64,000 bases of DNA from Lytechinus pictus (Eukaryota), in the NCBI RefSeq assembly GCF_037042905.1, contig NC_087249.1, positions 6,760,001 to 6,824,000 on the forward strand. Reading direction: 5' to 3'. Each line of letters begins with the position of its first letter. Positions within the stretch are counted from its first letter, which is position 1. The position numbers and the translations under genes were made by a program. Positions 1 through 12,571 of this stretch are shown here, piece after piece. The notes beneath the pieces were generated by a model. The model worked only from the letters and a program-made list of their open reading frames with translations. It was not told where the DNA came from and did no database searches.

Positions 1-3000
1 CACACTTTACAAGCATTGATTTTAGTGCACCCCTCATTTCAAATTCCGTATTTAATACATGTATTGCATTTGTTTAAAATGTCAATCTATTAATTTGTAT
101 CTGATTTATATTATTTTGTATTTCTTTAGGATATAAAAAAATAAAGAATTGAATGAATTGAATCGATTCATGATGTAATCATTTTTAAAAAATCTAGTCA
201 GCATCTATCTATTTCAAATTAAAATAATAACCCAAATCCACGCTATCCATCCAAACAGTACCAGAGTATTTTGACGGGGGTGGCTAAGGGCCTTTTCACA
301 CGTGAATCTTGAATCATCATTGTAACTCGAAAACTGTGATTTGAATTCGAATTCCCGAGCGAAGGTGGTATGTGTCCTTGGTGACATGTCGATCAAAGCA
401 CTGCATATACAAACCACGATGGGTGCATGACAATTGTACTATCTACGGAAGTGCTTAAAAGGTAACGTAAGCTCCGCCCCCCAAAAATATGTTTTGGAGG
501 TCAAGCTTTTTACACGTAAAATTCGTACCGTAATTTGAGTGAAACTTAAAGGACAAGTCCACACCAACAAAAAGTTGATTTGAAACAAAGGAGAGAAATC
601 CAACAAGCAAAACACTGAAAATTTCATCAAAATCGGATGTAAAATAAGAAAGTTATGACATTTTAAAGTTTCGCTTAATTTCACAAAACAGTTATATGCA
701 CATCCTGGTCGGTGTGCAAATTGGCAGACTGATGACGTCACCCGCTCACTATTTCTTTTGTATTTTATTATATGAAATATGAAATATTCTAATTTTCTCC
801 TCCTTGTCAAGTGAAACAAAGTTTTATTTCTCCCTGAACATTTGCAATTATCATTATTTTAACAGTTTATGGTTAAGTTAAGTTGGTCCTCATCGTCAAA
901 TCTGTAAAAATTGAAATATTGTATTATTCAAACAATAAAAAACAAAAGAAATAGTGAGTGATGGACATCATTGACTCTCTCATTTGTATATCGCTGAGTT
1001 GCGCATTGAACTGTTTTCTGAAAAATAAGCGAATCTTTAAAATGTCATAACTTTCTTATTTTACATCCGATTTCAATGAAATTTGCAGCGTTATGTTTGT
1101 TTGATTTTTCTCTATCGATTCAAATCAACAATTTTCTGTGTTCTATGCACCAGCTCTCGCTTTTAAATATTTTTTCTCTTTTTCTATCATATTCCTTACT
1201 TTGCTTCTTCTTGAATTCCATTTTTATCACTTGAATAAGCAAAGGGGCAGTTGCCTCTTGCACTCTCTGTTTTTTTCCCAAAAAATATTTGTCAAGTTAT
1301 ATGAATAATTTCCGATACTAGTATATCTCACATTTGAAAGAATTAAATGCATGTATGACAGGAAATCACTTCTATTGCAAATTCAAAAAGGGATAAAGAT
1401 CAAATAATGATTCAAACGTTCTCACATGCTCCTCGTTGCTTCCATTGATCCACAGTACTTACTCTTTGTAAGACGGGGCCCTGGTCTGTTATGCTGTATA
1501 CCTCATTCTGATATCCGCCCTATTCATTTCTCCCTCTTTTATCAGTTCTGACATAATTATATACATCGCATGTAAGGTGTGAAAGCACCCACTTATTTAT
1601 TTGTACACATTCGAGGGGGATCCACACTTTACAAGCATTGATTTTAGTGCACCCCTCATTTCAAATTCCGTATTTAATACATGTATTGCATTTGTTTAAA
1701 ATGTCAATCTATTAATTTGTATCTGATTTATATTATTTTGTATTTCTTTAGGATATAAAAAAATAAAGAATTGAATGAATTGAATCGATTCATGATGTAA
1801 TCATTTTTAAAAAATCTAGTCAGCATCTATCTATTTCAAATTAAAATAATAACCCAAATCCACGCTATCCATCCAAACAGTACCAGAGTATTTTGACGGG
1901 GGTGGCTAAGGGCCTTTTCACACGTGAATCTTGAATCATCATTGTAACTCGAAAACTGTGATTTGAATTCGAATTCCCGAGCGAAGGTGGTATGTGTCCT
2001 TGGTGACATGTCGATCAAAGCACTGCATATACAAACCACGATGGGTGCATGACAATTGTACTATCTACGGAAGTGCTTAAAAGGTAACGTAAGCTCCGCC
2101 CCCCAAAAATATGTTTTGGAGGTCAAGCTTTTTACACGTAAAATTCGTACCGTAATTTGAGTGAAACTTAAAGGACAAGTCCACACCAACAAAAAGTTGA
2201 TTTGAAACAAAGGAGAGAAATCCAACAAGCAAAACACTGAAAATTTCATCAAAATCGGATGTAAAATAAGAAAGTTATGACATTTTAAAGTTTCGCTTAA
2301 TTTCACAAAACAGTTATATGCACATCCTGGTCGGTGTGCAAATTGGCAGACTGATGACGTCACCCGCTCACTATTTCTTTTGTATTTTATTATATGAAAT
2401 ATGAAATATTCTAATTTTCTCCTCCTTGTCAAGTGAAACAAAGTTTTATTTCTCCCTGAACATTTGCAATTATCATTATTTTAACAGTTTATGGTTAAGT
2501 TAAGTTGGTCCTCATCGTCAAATCTGTAAAAATTGAAATATTGTATTATTCAAACAATAAAAAACAAAAGAAATAGTGAGTGATGGACATCATTGACTCT
2601 CTCATTTGTATATCGCTGAGTTGCGCATTGAACTGTTTTCTGAAAAATAAGCGAATCTTTAAAATGTCATAACTTTCTTATTTTACATCCGATTTCAATG
2701 AAATTTGCAGCGTTATGTTTGTTTGATTTTTCTCTATCGATTCAAATCAACAATTTTCTGTGTTCTATGCACCAGCTCTCGCTTTTAAATATTTTTTCTC
2801 TTTTTCTATCATATTCCTTACTTTGCTTCTTCTTGAATTCCATTTTTATCACTTGAATAAGCAAAGGGGCAGTTGCCTCTTGCACTCTCTGTTTTTTTCC
2901 CAAAAAATATTTGTCAAGTTATATGAATAATTTCCGATACTAGTATATCTCACATTTGAAAGAATTAAATGCATGTATGACAGGAAATCACTTCTATTGC

Positions 3001-3082
3001 AAATTCAAAAAGGGATAAAGATCAAATAATGATTCAAACGTTCTCACATGCTCCTCGTTGCTTCCATTGATCCACAGTACTT
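1..3082. repeat. Tandem duplication, 1622-bp unit (complete unit 1461-3082; previous copy runs off the left edge)
   Basis: Position 1 matches 1623, and ORFs 214/1836 and 439/2061 are identical at offset 1622. Identity ends at CACAGTACTT (1460 and 3082). No differences noticed by eye. Confidence 0.97.
550..1140. mobile_element. Kolobok-like MITE, right end truncated (second copy 2172-2762)
   Basis: Starts TTAA|AGGACAAGTCCAC. Long internal inverted arms (AAAATCGGATGTAAAATAAGAAAGTTATGACATTTTAAAG and its reverse complement at about 1035-1075). Related copy at 63704-64000. Confidence 0.7.
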
Positions 3083-4268
3083 GGGGCTTATTTAGTAAGC
3101 CTTGAATACCCTTCTGGTAAAGGAAGGTTTCCGCTGAAAGCGTGGCCCACGGCAAAATGCCGGGAAAACATTGATATGTATAACATTGTTCTGTATGTTT
3201 GTTTATGTTTTTGAATAATATTCATAAAGGAAATTACCTGAAATGTCATGAAAAAAAATAATAAAATCTGATTTTTTTAAATATAATTTATAATTATTTT
3301 ATAATATTTTTTATGATATTTTTTAGATACGAAATCACAGGAAATATCCTAAAATTATGTTTTTAAACATAACTCTATGAATACCTTTGTTGATCTAATG
3401 CATTTCATTTTAAAATGATTCCTTTATTCAACCAAACAATTCCAGAACACATCACATGAAACAATAGTTCACCCCAAATTGATGCAAAAATAAACTCTTT
3501 GAACGAAATCTTGAACTCAAGCTCTCTTAAATATAACCAACATCATTTACCAGGGTAAAATAAATGCAATTTTATAGAATGAAATTCTTTTATTATCAAT
3601 TTCAATTTTGCGTAAAAAAATCAAAAATAATGAATTATTGCTTACATTCTAAAAAAAAAATCTAAGAGCAGGAAAACTACTGGTGTAGCAATAAATGTGC
3701 ACATTTTTTAAATTAATCTTAATAGGATCAAGCACAAAAATATGGGCAGTTGAACATTTAGGCCCACCCGACATTCCTGCCTAAATTGTCCATTCTAATG
3801 CTTGGGTCACACCCAGACAGGTTCGTATTTGAGAAAAGTACATAGGCTTGCAAATTCCATAAATGCCGAATTAAGAAATGTTTTAACATAATCTGAGGGC
3901 ACTGCAATCCAAATATGCTGCTTACCAACCTTGAATTTGATGTTAAAATCCTCAAATGTGGAAAAGACAAAATGTCCGCTAATTTACACCCCTTTTTGCA
4001 CTAGTTGGACCCCCAAAACTTGCCACAAAAGTTTTGTCATTTGTATTTTGTACTATTTGACCTCAGGAATAACGTACTAAGAATCTACGAGAACCCGCAT
4101 CCGGCGAAAGTGATTTAGCACCCCTGAATTACATTAAAACAATTGAAAAATCAGCATTAACATTAGCAATATGTTTGATGATTTGTAAAAAAAATTGTTA
4201 ATTTTATTTTGATTGTAATCCTTTGTTTGGATTTGAAATCAATAAAGATAAACTTAATTTTTTTTTCT

Positions 4269-5793
4269 GGTTACACTTTCGTAATTCCGAAGGTTCTTAA
4301 TTCCGAAGGTTCGTAATTCCGAAACACGTAAATTGCCTATACCTCGATGTTCGTTATTCCGAAAAAGAAAAAGGTTCGTTAATCCGAAAAGTGAAATAAT
4401 CCGTGGCGAAGTCGAAAATACCGGAAGGGCAAGCGTGGTGGAGGGGGGGGGGGGGGGTAAAAACGCCGTTTCATTTTCAAATGTTATTAGGATGGGAAGG
4501 CAGAGGCGCAGCCGAACGTATTTTCCTTTTTTTTTTGGGGGGGGGGCAAAGCCAAAAAGGGGCACTTATATGTCAAAATGGGCCTTTTGGTGATATGTTC
4601 ACCATAAGATTATCATCTGTGTGATGTCTTTGTGTGTTTTGTAGTAATTAAGTTGAGCAAAGCCTTTCGAAGTGATTTATGATTTGTATTTATTTAGGCT
4701 TTTTCCGCGGTTTGGAAAAAAATCAAATCTGAAGTCATAAAACTCACTTTTTGGTCATTTATGGGGCTAAATATGCCATACCGTTAAAAGGGAATCCCAC
4801 CTGATATGTTGCGAGCGCTAATCGCAAGCTCAAACTTTTGGACATTTCAATAAGAAATGAAAATTAAACATTCCGAGCAGTTCTTGTTATCATAAAAAAG
4901 ATGTTTATATAACCAAAGAATTAACGCGAGCATGAAGTGCGAGCTGAAAATTAATGATATTCCAACTAGAAAACTGGGCATTCTAAGCATTTTTATGACC
5001 AGAAAAAGGATAAGTTCCTTACTACAAAATAATTGAGGCGAGTGCGAAGCACGAGCAAATTTTTTTTTGTCTAACCTGAAATGTATTATGTCGTACTTCA
5101 AAAATAGTATTTAATTTCGAAAAATTGCACATTTCATTTTAAAAGAGGCATTTTCTTTTTTTGAAAAATGGGCATTATTACCTAGGGGATTTTTTTATAA
5201 TTATAACCAGCAAAAGGTGTTACAAAATCCACTTTTCTTTAGGTTACATGTGACCAACACACAGTCCCCAATATTCTTAATCCATTCGCTCGATCAGGCA
5301 GCAATCGCTCAGAGAAATCAAAATTAAGATGTTTGATCCAAGCGCCAATTCTTGATGCAATGCACGCTTTGACCACAACATCCACTTGTATCACCCTCCG
5401 TTGAAACTATTACTGCATAATATCCTGTTAGTTTTTAATTACAACACCGTTTTTTGTTACAAAAATGAATTAATTTCATTTTCGGAAAAAACGAGCCTTA
5501 TTTCATTTTCGGACTAACGAACCATCGGATTACCGAACCTTATTTCCTTTTCGGACTAACGAACCTTCGGATGAATGAACCTTATTTCGTTTTCGGACTA
5601 AAAATCCTTCGGATTAACGAACCTTATTTCGTTTTTGGACAAACGAACCCTCGGAATGACGAACCCTATTTTGTTTTCGGATTAACGAACCTTCGGAATG
5701 ACGGACCTTGGGAATTACGAACCGTCGGAATAACGAACCTTCGGAATAATCGAACCTTCGGAATAACGAACCTACATAATTACGAATGTCACC
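4269..5793. mobile_element. Mutator-like non-autonomous element with arrays of short subterminal repeats
   Basis: Ends GGTTACACTTTCGTAATT and AATTACGAATGTCACC are inverted. TTCCGAAGGTTCG repeats on the left are mirrored by CGAACCTTCGGAA repeats on the right. Flanks TTTTTTTCT and CCTTTTTCT match 7/9 (candidate 9-bp TSD). A different element fragment lies inside at about 4500-5200. Confidence 0.65.
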
Positions 5794-6029
5794 CCTTTTT
5801 CTGAGCGTAATTATATTCTAAAATGGGGACCCGACTAATTCAATAAATCTATAAATAAATATTTTTTTTCGGCATCACCAATTTTTCCAAAGGGTAGATA
5901 GCTCTGGGGAACCTTGATTAAGCTACGCCTACCATTATTCTCTTCATCCATTTCTTTACAATATATATATATATATATAGTTTATCTCTTTATTTTATCT
6001 TATTTTGAATCATAAAATGTATTTATAAA

Positions 6030-6216
6030 AGGGGGCCTTCACCCTACAAAGCTCTGCTTTTTAGTTGGTCTCCTCCCCTTTCGATTTCATGGTATTTTTG
6101 TATTATAAAATTGATTTAAATGTTATATTTTGTAAATATGTATATTGAACTATCATTGTCATGATTGTAAAGTGTAAAAAGGTTGAAAGAGGAAATAAAT
6201 GAATTGAATTGAATTG
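6030..6216 (+). mobile_element. 3' end of a LINE (UTR and GAATT tail)
   Basis: GGGGCC..CTACAAAGCTCTGCTTTTTAG..CTCC motif resembles the 3' UTR of the LINE at about 55900-55945. Followed by AATAAA and (GAATT)n. A similar tail sits in the 1622-bp unit at about 1610-1790. Confidence 0.55.
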
Positions 6217-6482
6217 TTGAAATGTGGTGAGAACGAAGAGAGTGTGCCACGTTCTGATATTTTATTGCTAAGCCCTTCCACTCAACGTTACCGTACCACA
6301 ACAAATCTCAGCTCCCTTCCTGTTCTATGAGCAAAAATTCCCCGAACCTTCATTGTGTGTAAATGTAATCTGAAAAAATATTTTGCCAGATATGGTCAGG
6401 TGAAGGTATTCTATTATATAAATTGCAATATGTATAAAAGTGCAATTCAGATACACACAGCATTTGAAATATATCAGAGATA

Positions 6483-6980
6483 TCTTATCTGAGCGATATA
6501 TTTATTCCTCGTAAATCTATATACAAAACACGGTCTGGAAATGACCAACTAGCCTTGAACTGCCCCAAAACTGAATATGGCATAAGACGTTTCTTGTTTC
6601 AAGGCGGAAAGCTATGGAACAAGTTGATATCGCAAATCCCTCCTGAAACTTCTCTTACTACCTTCAAGATAAAGATTCGGACCACATTAGCTCAACACCT
6701 ATTATAATTCCCCCTTACTGCATGCTACCCCCACCATCCCCCATCCCACTTTTTTCCTTTTTTTTTCTTTTTAACATTATTTTGTATAAGTTGAAATTTG
6801 TAGTCGTTTGTTACCTTGTATAGGATTGATATGTTTTATTTTAAATATGTATTTGTTTGTATATTGTATGGTTGTATTTTTTAAACATGTACACTGGACC
6901 CCTCAGAAGAACAGCCTGTGGCTGAAGAGGGCCATCCAGCCCACGAGTGGAAAATAAATAAATAAAATAAATAAATAAAA
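6483..6980 (+). mobile_element. 5'-truncated CR1/L2-type LINE (ORF2 C-terminus, 3' UTR, (AATA)n tail)
   Basis: Not in the ORF track. Frame 6483-6707 reads SYLSDIFIPRKSIYKTRSGNDQLALNCPKTEYGIRRFLFQGGKLWNKLISQIPPETSLTTFKIKIRTTLAQHLL*, with the YxTR..F..G..LWN.L..SL..FK pattern of these ORF2 ends. UTR stem-loop at about 6895-6940. Confidence 0.8.
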
Positions 6981-7467
6981 AAGAGATTAAGGTTTCACAG
7001 ATGTTGTAACTTGAGTTACAATACTCAATGCCCGTACAAGAATATCTTCAAAGAAACTAAATACTGTAATACATTAGAGATCAACAGTGCTTGATACATT
7101 GAACAATTTTGAAAGGTATTGCCATGGAATGCTTCCTTTAAAAATGCTTACTACATTTGATATTTAATAGAAGTGTTCAATTATCGTATATCAAAGGCAG
7201 TGAACATGACCTCGCAAGATAACCATGCAGCTCAAACTGTGCGTGAAAACGGGCAGTCACGGCATATTTTTTCGTGTAATGCGCGCGCACAGGCATTGCA
7301 TCTATGCATTGCATAGGCACTGGACTAGTAGTAAACGGAATAGTACTCCGTGATCGACTTGGCTGAAATTTGTGTGAATGATTTTTGAAAATATTGTGTG
7401 AAATTTTGGGGAAATTTTGGAGAATGGAAAATACGTGCATTAGCGCCAAAATAACCCGTTCTTGTGC

Positions 7468-7606
7468 CGGACTCGTAGCCGAGTCACGCGGTCCGGGTCC
7501 GAGTAATAAACCTTCGAGTCCCGAGTCCGAGACCGAGTCCGACAAAACGGACTCGAGTCTGGTCTGAGTCTCGAGTTCGAGACCGGACTCGAGACACGCA
7601 TCACTG
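7468..7606. mobile_element. Solo end of a hAT-like DNA transposon (second copy 13744-13882)
   Basis: Dense GAGTCC/GAGACC/GGACTC subterminal motifs ending in CGCATCACTG (CAGTGATGCG on the other strand). No partner end found. Confidence 0.6.
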
Positions 7607-7829
7607 CATACATCTGGATTATATGCCCACCCCCATCCAACGAAATGAAGGAGATATTCCTTTCAAACATGATCGTCAGTATACCAATCGGACATTGCAT
7701 TCCTCTTTTTCAGTATAACTTATAACCGATTAAAATAATAAAGATTTTTAAGTCTGTGCCAGTAGAACCCACCCCCCCAAAAAAAAATTGAATTCGTTAG
7801 CTTTATCAAAACAACGTTTCATAAACGGG

Positions 7830-8007
7830 ATATTTTCCGATGGAAAATCTGCACGTTAAACCGAACATTAAACCTAACCTCCAAAACTAACTATACTAAT
7901 CTTTACATTTCTCTCAACCAAAAACTCGTTTTACAATCCCAACTCTAACCATATGCCCTCTGAGATATTAAGACTGGAGCAATTGTTGCAGGAGCATATG
8001 TCGTATC
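7830..8007 (+). mobile_element. Short interspersed element with AACCTAACC core (MITE or Helentron-associated type); copies at about 14106-14283 and 38330-38540
   Basis: Homologous to 38350-38540, where CGACAATTGCTCCG and CGGAGCAATTGTCG form an inverted pair around the AACCTAACC tract. Confidence 0.55.
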
Positions 8008-9787
8008 AAATATTTACCAACATCAGAAAACCTTGCGTAATCGGGATTGTTAAACCAATGTCTGTTAGTTTTTGTTTGTTTGAAGCATTGCCCGTGACCC
8101 CTGCCCTATCTGTCCCACAAAAGGTACAAAGACATCTTGAGAGGACACAATATGATGTACGGGAGGGGGGGGGGGGAGACTTCTCAACATTTGCGAGTGG
8201 GCGAAACAAGCCGAGGAAATTTTTTTTTTGTATTTTTTTTTCTTCTAATTTTGATAAAGTATTGTGTATGAGGGAGTTAACAACAGCCAAGTGGGAAATT
8301 ACATTTAAAGTTTTGAAGGATTAAAATTGTATTTTGGAGGTCTGTACAACTGGAATAGGATTCTTGACAGCATCATACATTTTTTTCATCTTTCAAAATT
8401 TCTAAGGGCAATAAGGGATGGGGGGGGGGGGGCAAATGCTCCATCTTTATTTATGCCGTCACCGGCCAAAGAACAAGATGTTGGTAGGGCAACCCTTAAC
8501 ACATTCCAAACCTCTCTAGATCTTCCTCATTGTATAGATGATAGTTAATCAACATTAAGTTAGAATTATTTGTCTACTTATATATCTGGGAAGTAACTTT
8601 ATTTCGTAATGTCCGATAACAATTTCGTATCATCACAGCATTTACTTTTTCGACAAATTCATTTTGCCTTTATCGCCTCTATAAAGTTCATGGTGTCAGG
8701 GTTCATCAATGAAGGTTTTTTCCCTATAAATAGACATTAAAAAATCCCACAGCTGAACAGCCCATTCCCTGCCCTTTGCTATACATACACATAATAATTA
8801 TTTCGCCATTGTTGATTTTCAAGTCGTAAAAAATCATCAAATGTCGATATCATCTAAGCAATGTTACGCAAGTAGTTACAGACAAATAATTGTATGATAA
8901 TTGTCCTGCCCTTTTTATGTATTCCTTAATCCTATCTCAGTAATTGGGCGGTTGGGATTATTATGTAGGCAATTATCAAAGTCAGTGTACGTTTGATTCA
9001 TTTTGAAGATAATAGAATCGAGATAAAGAATGAAGGTTACCGTTACCCGCTCATTTCACAACGATTTTCTTGAAAAAGCAATTTAGAAAGAGTACAATGA
9101 CTGCTATTCCAATATTAACTCGAATTGAGAAAGCGTACAGACCTTCACAAAGTCATTGATGAATCAAACAATTATCGCATAGTACACTAGTTATGTTACA
9201 TTAAAAAAAATAATGATATAAAAATAAGGTGGGGGAGAGCAAGGCGTGTGTGGGGGATCATTTTTTTCATTAAAAAATAATTTCGTTTATTTCCTTTTCC
9301 AGTGATTACAATGTAATATCTGGTTTTGTACATCTCGCTAAGCAATAAATACATAGCAAATTTCTACATGTACGTACAATGTACTGTATAGTTTAGATTC
9401 TCATACAAACAGGTTGAGAATGGAAGAGGCTGCTAAAGAGAGGGCCTTATAGATTGCAGCCTCTTATGAAAAAGATATATATTTCTAAAAAATAATAAAG
9501 ACCCACAAATTATAATTTACCAAGATGACAACTTGAGTGGAAAACCAGTATGTTTAATAAAAAAAGATAAAACAGAAAGAGAGAAAGAGGGAGATTAAGA
9601 GTATCTAGAATCTTAGAAAATGGTTGTCACAGACAGGGATCCCAAAATGGTTTTGAAAATGGAGTGGGGGGGGGGGGCTGACCATGTACAGAATCACAAT
9701 CAGATTGTAATTTTCTTTAAAGGGTTTGTGCACGTTTATGGAGAAAGATGAAGGGGTTTCCCCGGTTCCGCGGCCCCTCATGACCAG

Positions 9788-9930
9788 GGAAGCGTTTCAT
9801 GGAAGGACTCGTCGGACGTTTTATCCGACAATTACATGTACCGTAGTAACAGTTCTTCTCAGCCAATAAAAATCACTGAAAGTTGTCAAATCTGACAATT
9901 TATCAGATAAAATGTTGTTGAAACGCTCCC
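9788..9930. mobile_element. Harbinger-like MITE (duplicated at +6276)
   Basis: TIRs GGAAGCGTTTCA / TGAAACGCTCCC; 3-bp flanks CAG and CTG. Confidence 0.55.
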
Positions 9931-10228
9931 CTGGATACCAGATATCGGTGAGATTTGTGAAAGAAATCTATAAAGTTAAAACCCGATATTCTGAGCAGTA
10001 TCAAGCATCAAGACAAAATCTATTAGCGTTGTCATGACAACTACGTTGACGATGACTTGTGCGTTGAGATATTCATGAATGCACTCATCAGTTTCGATCA
10101 AGTTTTGTAGATCTCGTGTAATTCGGCTTAACACACGGTCCTGCGCGTTCGAAGTCCACCGCGGTCTAGCGCCCTTTAGCAAGGCGTCATCAACACCACT
10201 CCCAACCCAGGTGCTAAATGGGTACCAG

Positions 10229-10398
10229 GGTGCCGTTTCATAAAGCTGTTCGTAAGTTGAGAGCGACTTTTAGAACGACTGGTGAACCATTCTTACGCGC
10301 TAAACCATTGCCGCCAATGAACATTCACCACAAGAAAGGATCATCCGTCGTTCTTAAACTCGCTCTTAACTTACGAACAGCTTGATGAAACACCCACC
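10229..10398. mobile_element. Harbinger-like MITE inserted into a decayed SINE at about 10120-10540 (duplicated at +6276)
   Basis: Arms GTTTCATAAAGCTGTTCGTAAGTT / AACTTACGAACAGCTTGATGAAAC. It interrupts CCCAGGTGCTAAATGGGTACC|GGTAGG, the core shared with the SINE at 62023. Confidence 0.65.
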
Positions 10399-10873
10399 CG
10401 GTAGGATATGCTGTACACGTAGCAACTGAGTTTTGAAACTTGTTGGGATGCTATCGAGGGAGTGGAGAGAGGACATTATGCGGGCGAGCAAGGATTCTAG
10501 GACCGGGTCCGGGGTATTATGAAAGGTGCTTAATTAGAAACACCAGTGGCGGCCGCACAGAAGCGCAACAGAACGCTAACAGTAGGGCCAGTCACACCTT
10601 TCAAGGGCGACCACCACTAGACGCATTGTTTTCACTAACAGAGCACTAAAAGTAGGCCTACCGGTATCGATAAACTCAAAGAAGCTTAGCCGAATTCCTA
10701 ATAATCTAACAATAAAAGGCCCAGCAGCAGCTAACAGTGGCGCTTATGTTAATATAAATCACTAACAGTGCTAAGGGCACCAATAGTGACGTTGTTAGTG
10801 AATAATTTCTCCCTTTTAAAGTTGTCTCCCTTTCTTATACCAAGTAATTCAAAATAGACCTCGACCGAATTAA

Positions 10874-11522
10874 AGGGGTATTCCGGGCCCACACAACAAT
10901 ATATGAATAAATGGAGTAAAATTAGATGAGCAAATTGCTGAAAATGTCATCAAAATCTGATGAAATATAACAAAATTCTTGAATATTAAAAATGTAATAC
11001 TGTATTTTGCAAATGATATTACTGAGCAGCATGTGGCCATGAATATGCAATAAATGGAACGATGATGCCATATCCTTCTAGCTCTTTCCTGTTTTTTCCT
11101 GTATGTCGCCCGAGTAACAAAATGGTGATCTTTGAAGCAATATTCTGGTTGGACAAAATTTAAATAAACCTAATTTTGTATGATACAACAGACCCTCATT
11201 GCATATTCCTGAAGACATGAATATAAATTTCACCGAAAATAGGGCCTAATGCAAAATTTTAAGATACCATAATTTTTTGTATTCATTTCCAATTTTCATC
11301 AATTTGTCAGTGTTTTGTTTGTCTCACTTCAGGGGCCGCGGAAGCGGGGGGGGGGGGGGTTGGGGCTGGGGGCTTTTTCCAAAACCGTGTACAAAAACGT
11401 AAAAATGACCGTATGATTGTGATTTTTTGCATGGTCAGCCCTCCCCCACTTTGAAATCCGTTCCGCGGCCCCTGCACTTTACTGTTCAAATCGTATTATT
11501 TTCTTCAGCCTGGAGTACCCCT
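10874..11522. mobile_element. Kolobok-like MITE (duplicated at +6276)
   Basis: TTAA|AGGGGTATTCCGGGC ... GCCTGGAGTACCCCT. Lies inside a larger decayed TIR element at about 10551-12134 (GGCCGCACAGAAG / CTTCTGTGCAGCGGCC). Confidence 0.65.
11330..11474. mobile_element. hAT-like MITE with 5-bp TSD (CACTT)
   Basis: TIRs CAGGGGCCGCGGAA / TTCCGCGGCCCCTG, with CACTT on both flanks. Same family at 39230-39401. Confidence 0.75.
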
Positions 11523-12467
11523 TAGCGGGGGATGTTGATTAGTGCTAAGATATGATCCTTTTCATCAATTTTTTTTCTTCCAAGATATATCATTTTTTAA
11601 GTGTTTGAAGAGATTTTTAAGAATAGACCCTACATTAGAAAGAAGAAAAATAGCTGATGAAATTTATCGCATGATAATCATCATTGGGAAATACTCTATC
11701 ATGAACATGATGAGTGAAGTCTGTGAAGAGCATTTTCAAACAAAAGAAACTGATAAAAAGAGGGATTGCATTTTTCTTGTACAGAATCTCCAACGTAATA
11801 TCATGATAGGCTAATTTTCTTGATCTTTTTAAAGCTTATTCGATATTTTTTACATTGAATTAGTAAATATATATTTGCTACTTGCTGTCATTTCATGTTT
11901 AAATGTAAAAATAAGGAAATTTTTGAAGGCCTATATGATAATGAATTACATTCATTTACCCTTTCCTAGACAAGATTTTAAACTTGTAGAATGTGCAAGT
12001 AATCATAACTATATCTTAAGTTAAATCTAGATCACTACGCACAAATTATAGACTTTGCCTAACTCAAATCCCTTAACAACACTGGCGACTAACGGCGCTT
12101 TAACAGTGCTTTCTGTGCCTTCTGTGCAGCGGCCTTTCTACCCATTATGTTAGTAGCTGATTTATTAATGAATAATGATATACAGATTGCGATGTCAAGC
12201 GTTGATCCCAGATGTAAATAATGCATTACTTTGACATTAGCCATCGCGGCGAGATTACCGGTTGTAACAGGGCCCTTTGTTAGCGGCCGATACAGAACAG
12301 CATATTAAGAGATTTATATGTCGTTTGATATCACACTGTAAAAATGACAGAAACTGCAGAATCAATCTGTAAATTGGTAAACAGGAAATGTTCTCCAATT
12401 TAAGTGAAAAAGGGGGGAAAAGGGACAACAAGTTTCATTATAGGAAATTTGTTGGGTTGTAATCCAA

Positions 12468-12571
12468 CATGTATCTTTCTTGGGCAAGTGTTGGTCCTAA
12501 AAAGAACTACCCAATTGGCTGATTTTTGGTGGTCCTTTTCAGGACCAACACTTGCCCAAGAAAGATACATG
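12468..12571. repeat. 104-bp hairpin (second copy 18746-18849)
   Basis: 31-bp perfect arms CATGTATCTTTCTTGGGCAAGTGTTGGTCCT / AGGACCAACACTTGCCCAAGAAAGATACATG, extended inward with mismatches. Confidence 0.85.

Noticed and set aside
3083..4124. Transposon whose end coincides with the 1622-bp duplication breakpoint
   Set aside because: GGGG and CCCC ends give only a weak inverted match, and no TSD was found.
5480..5790. CRISPR-like array of short repeats (also 4280-4400)
   Set aside because: No unique spacers and no cas genes. The repeats are mirrored at the two ends of one TIR element in eukaryotic DNA.
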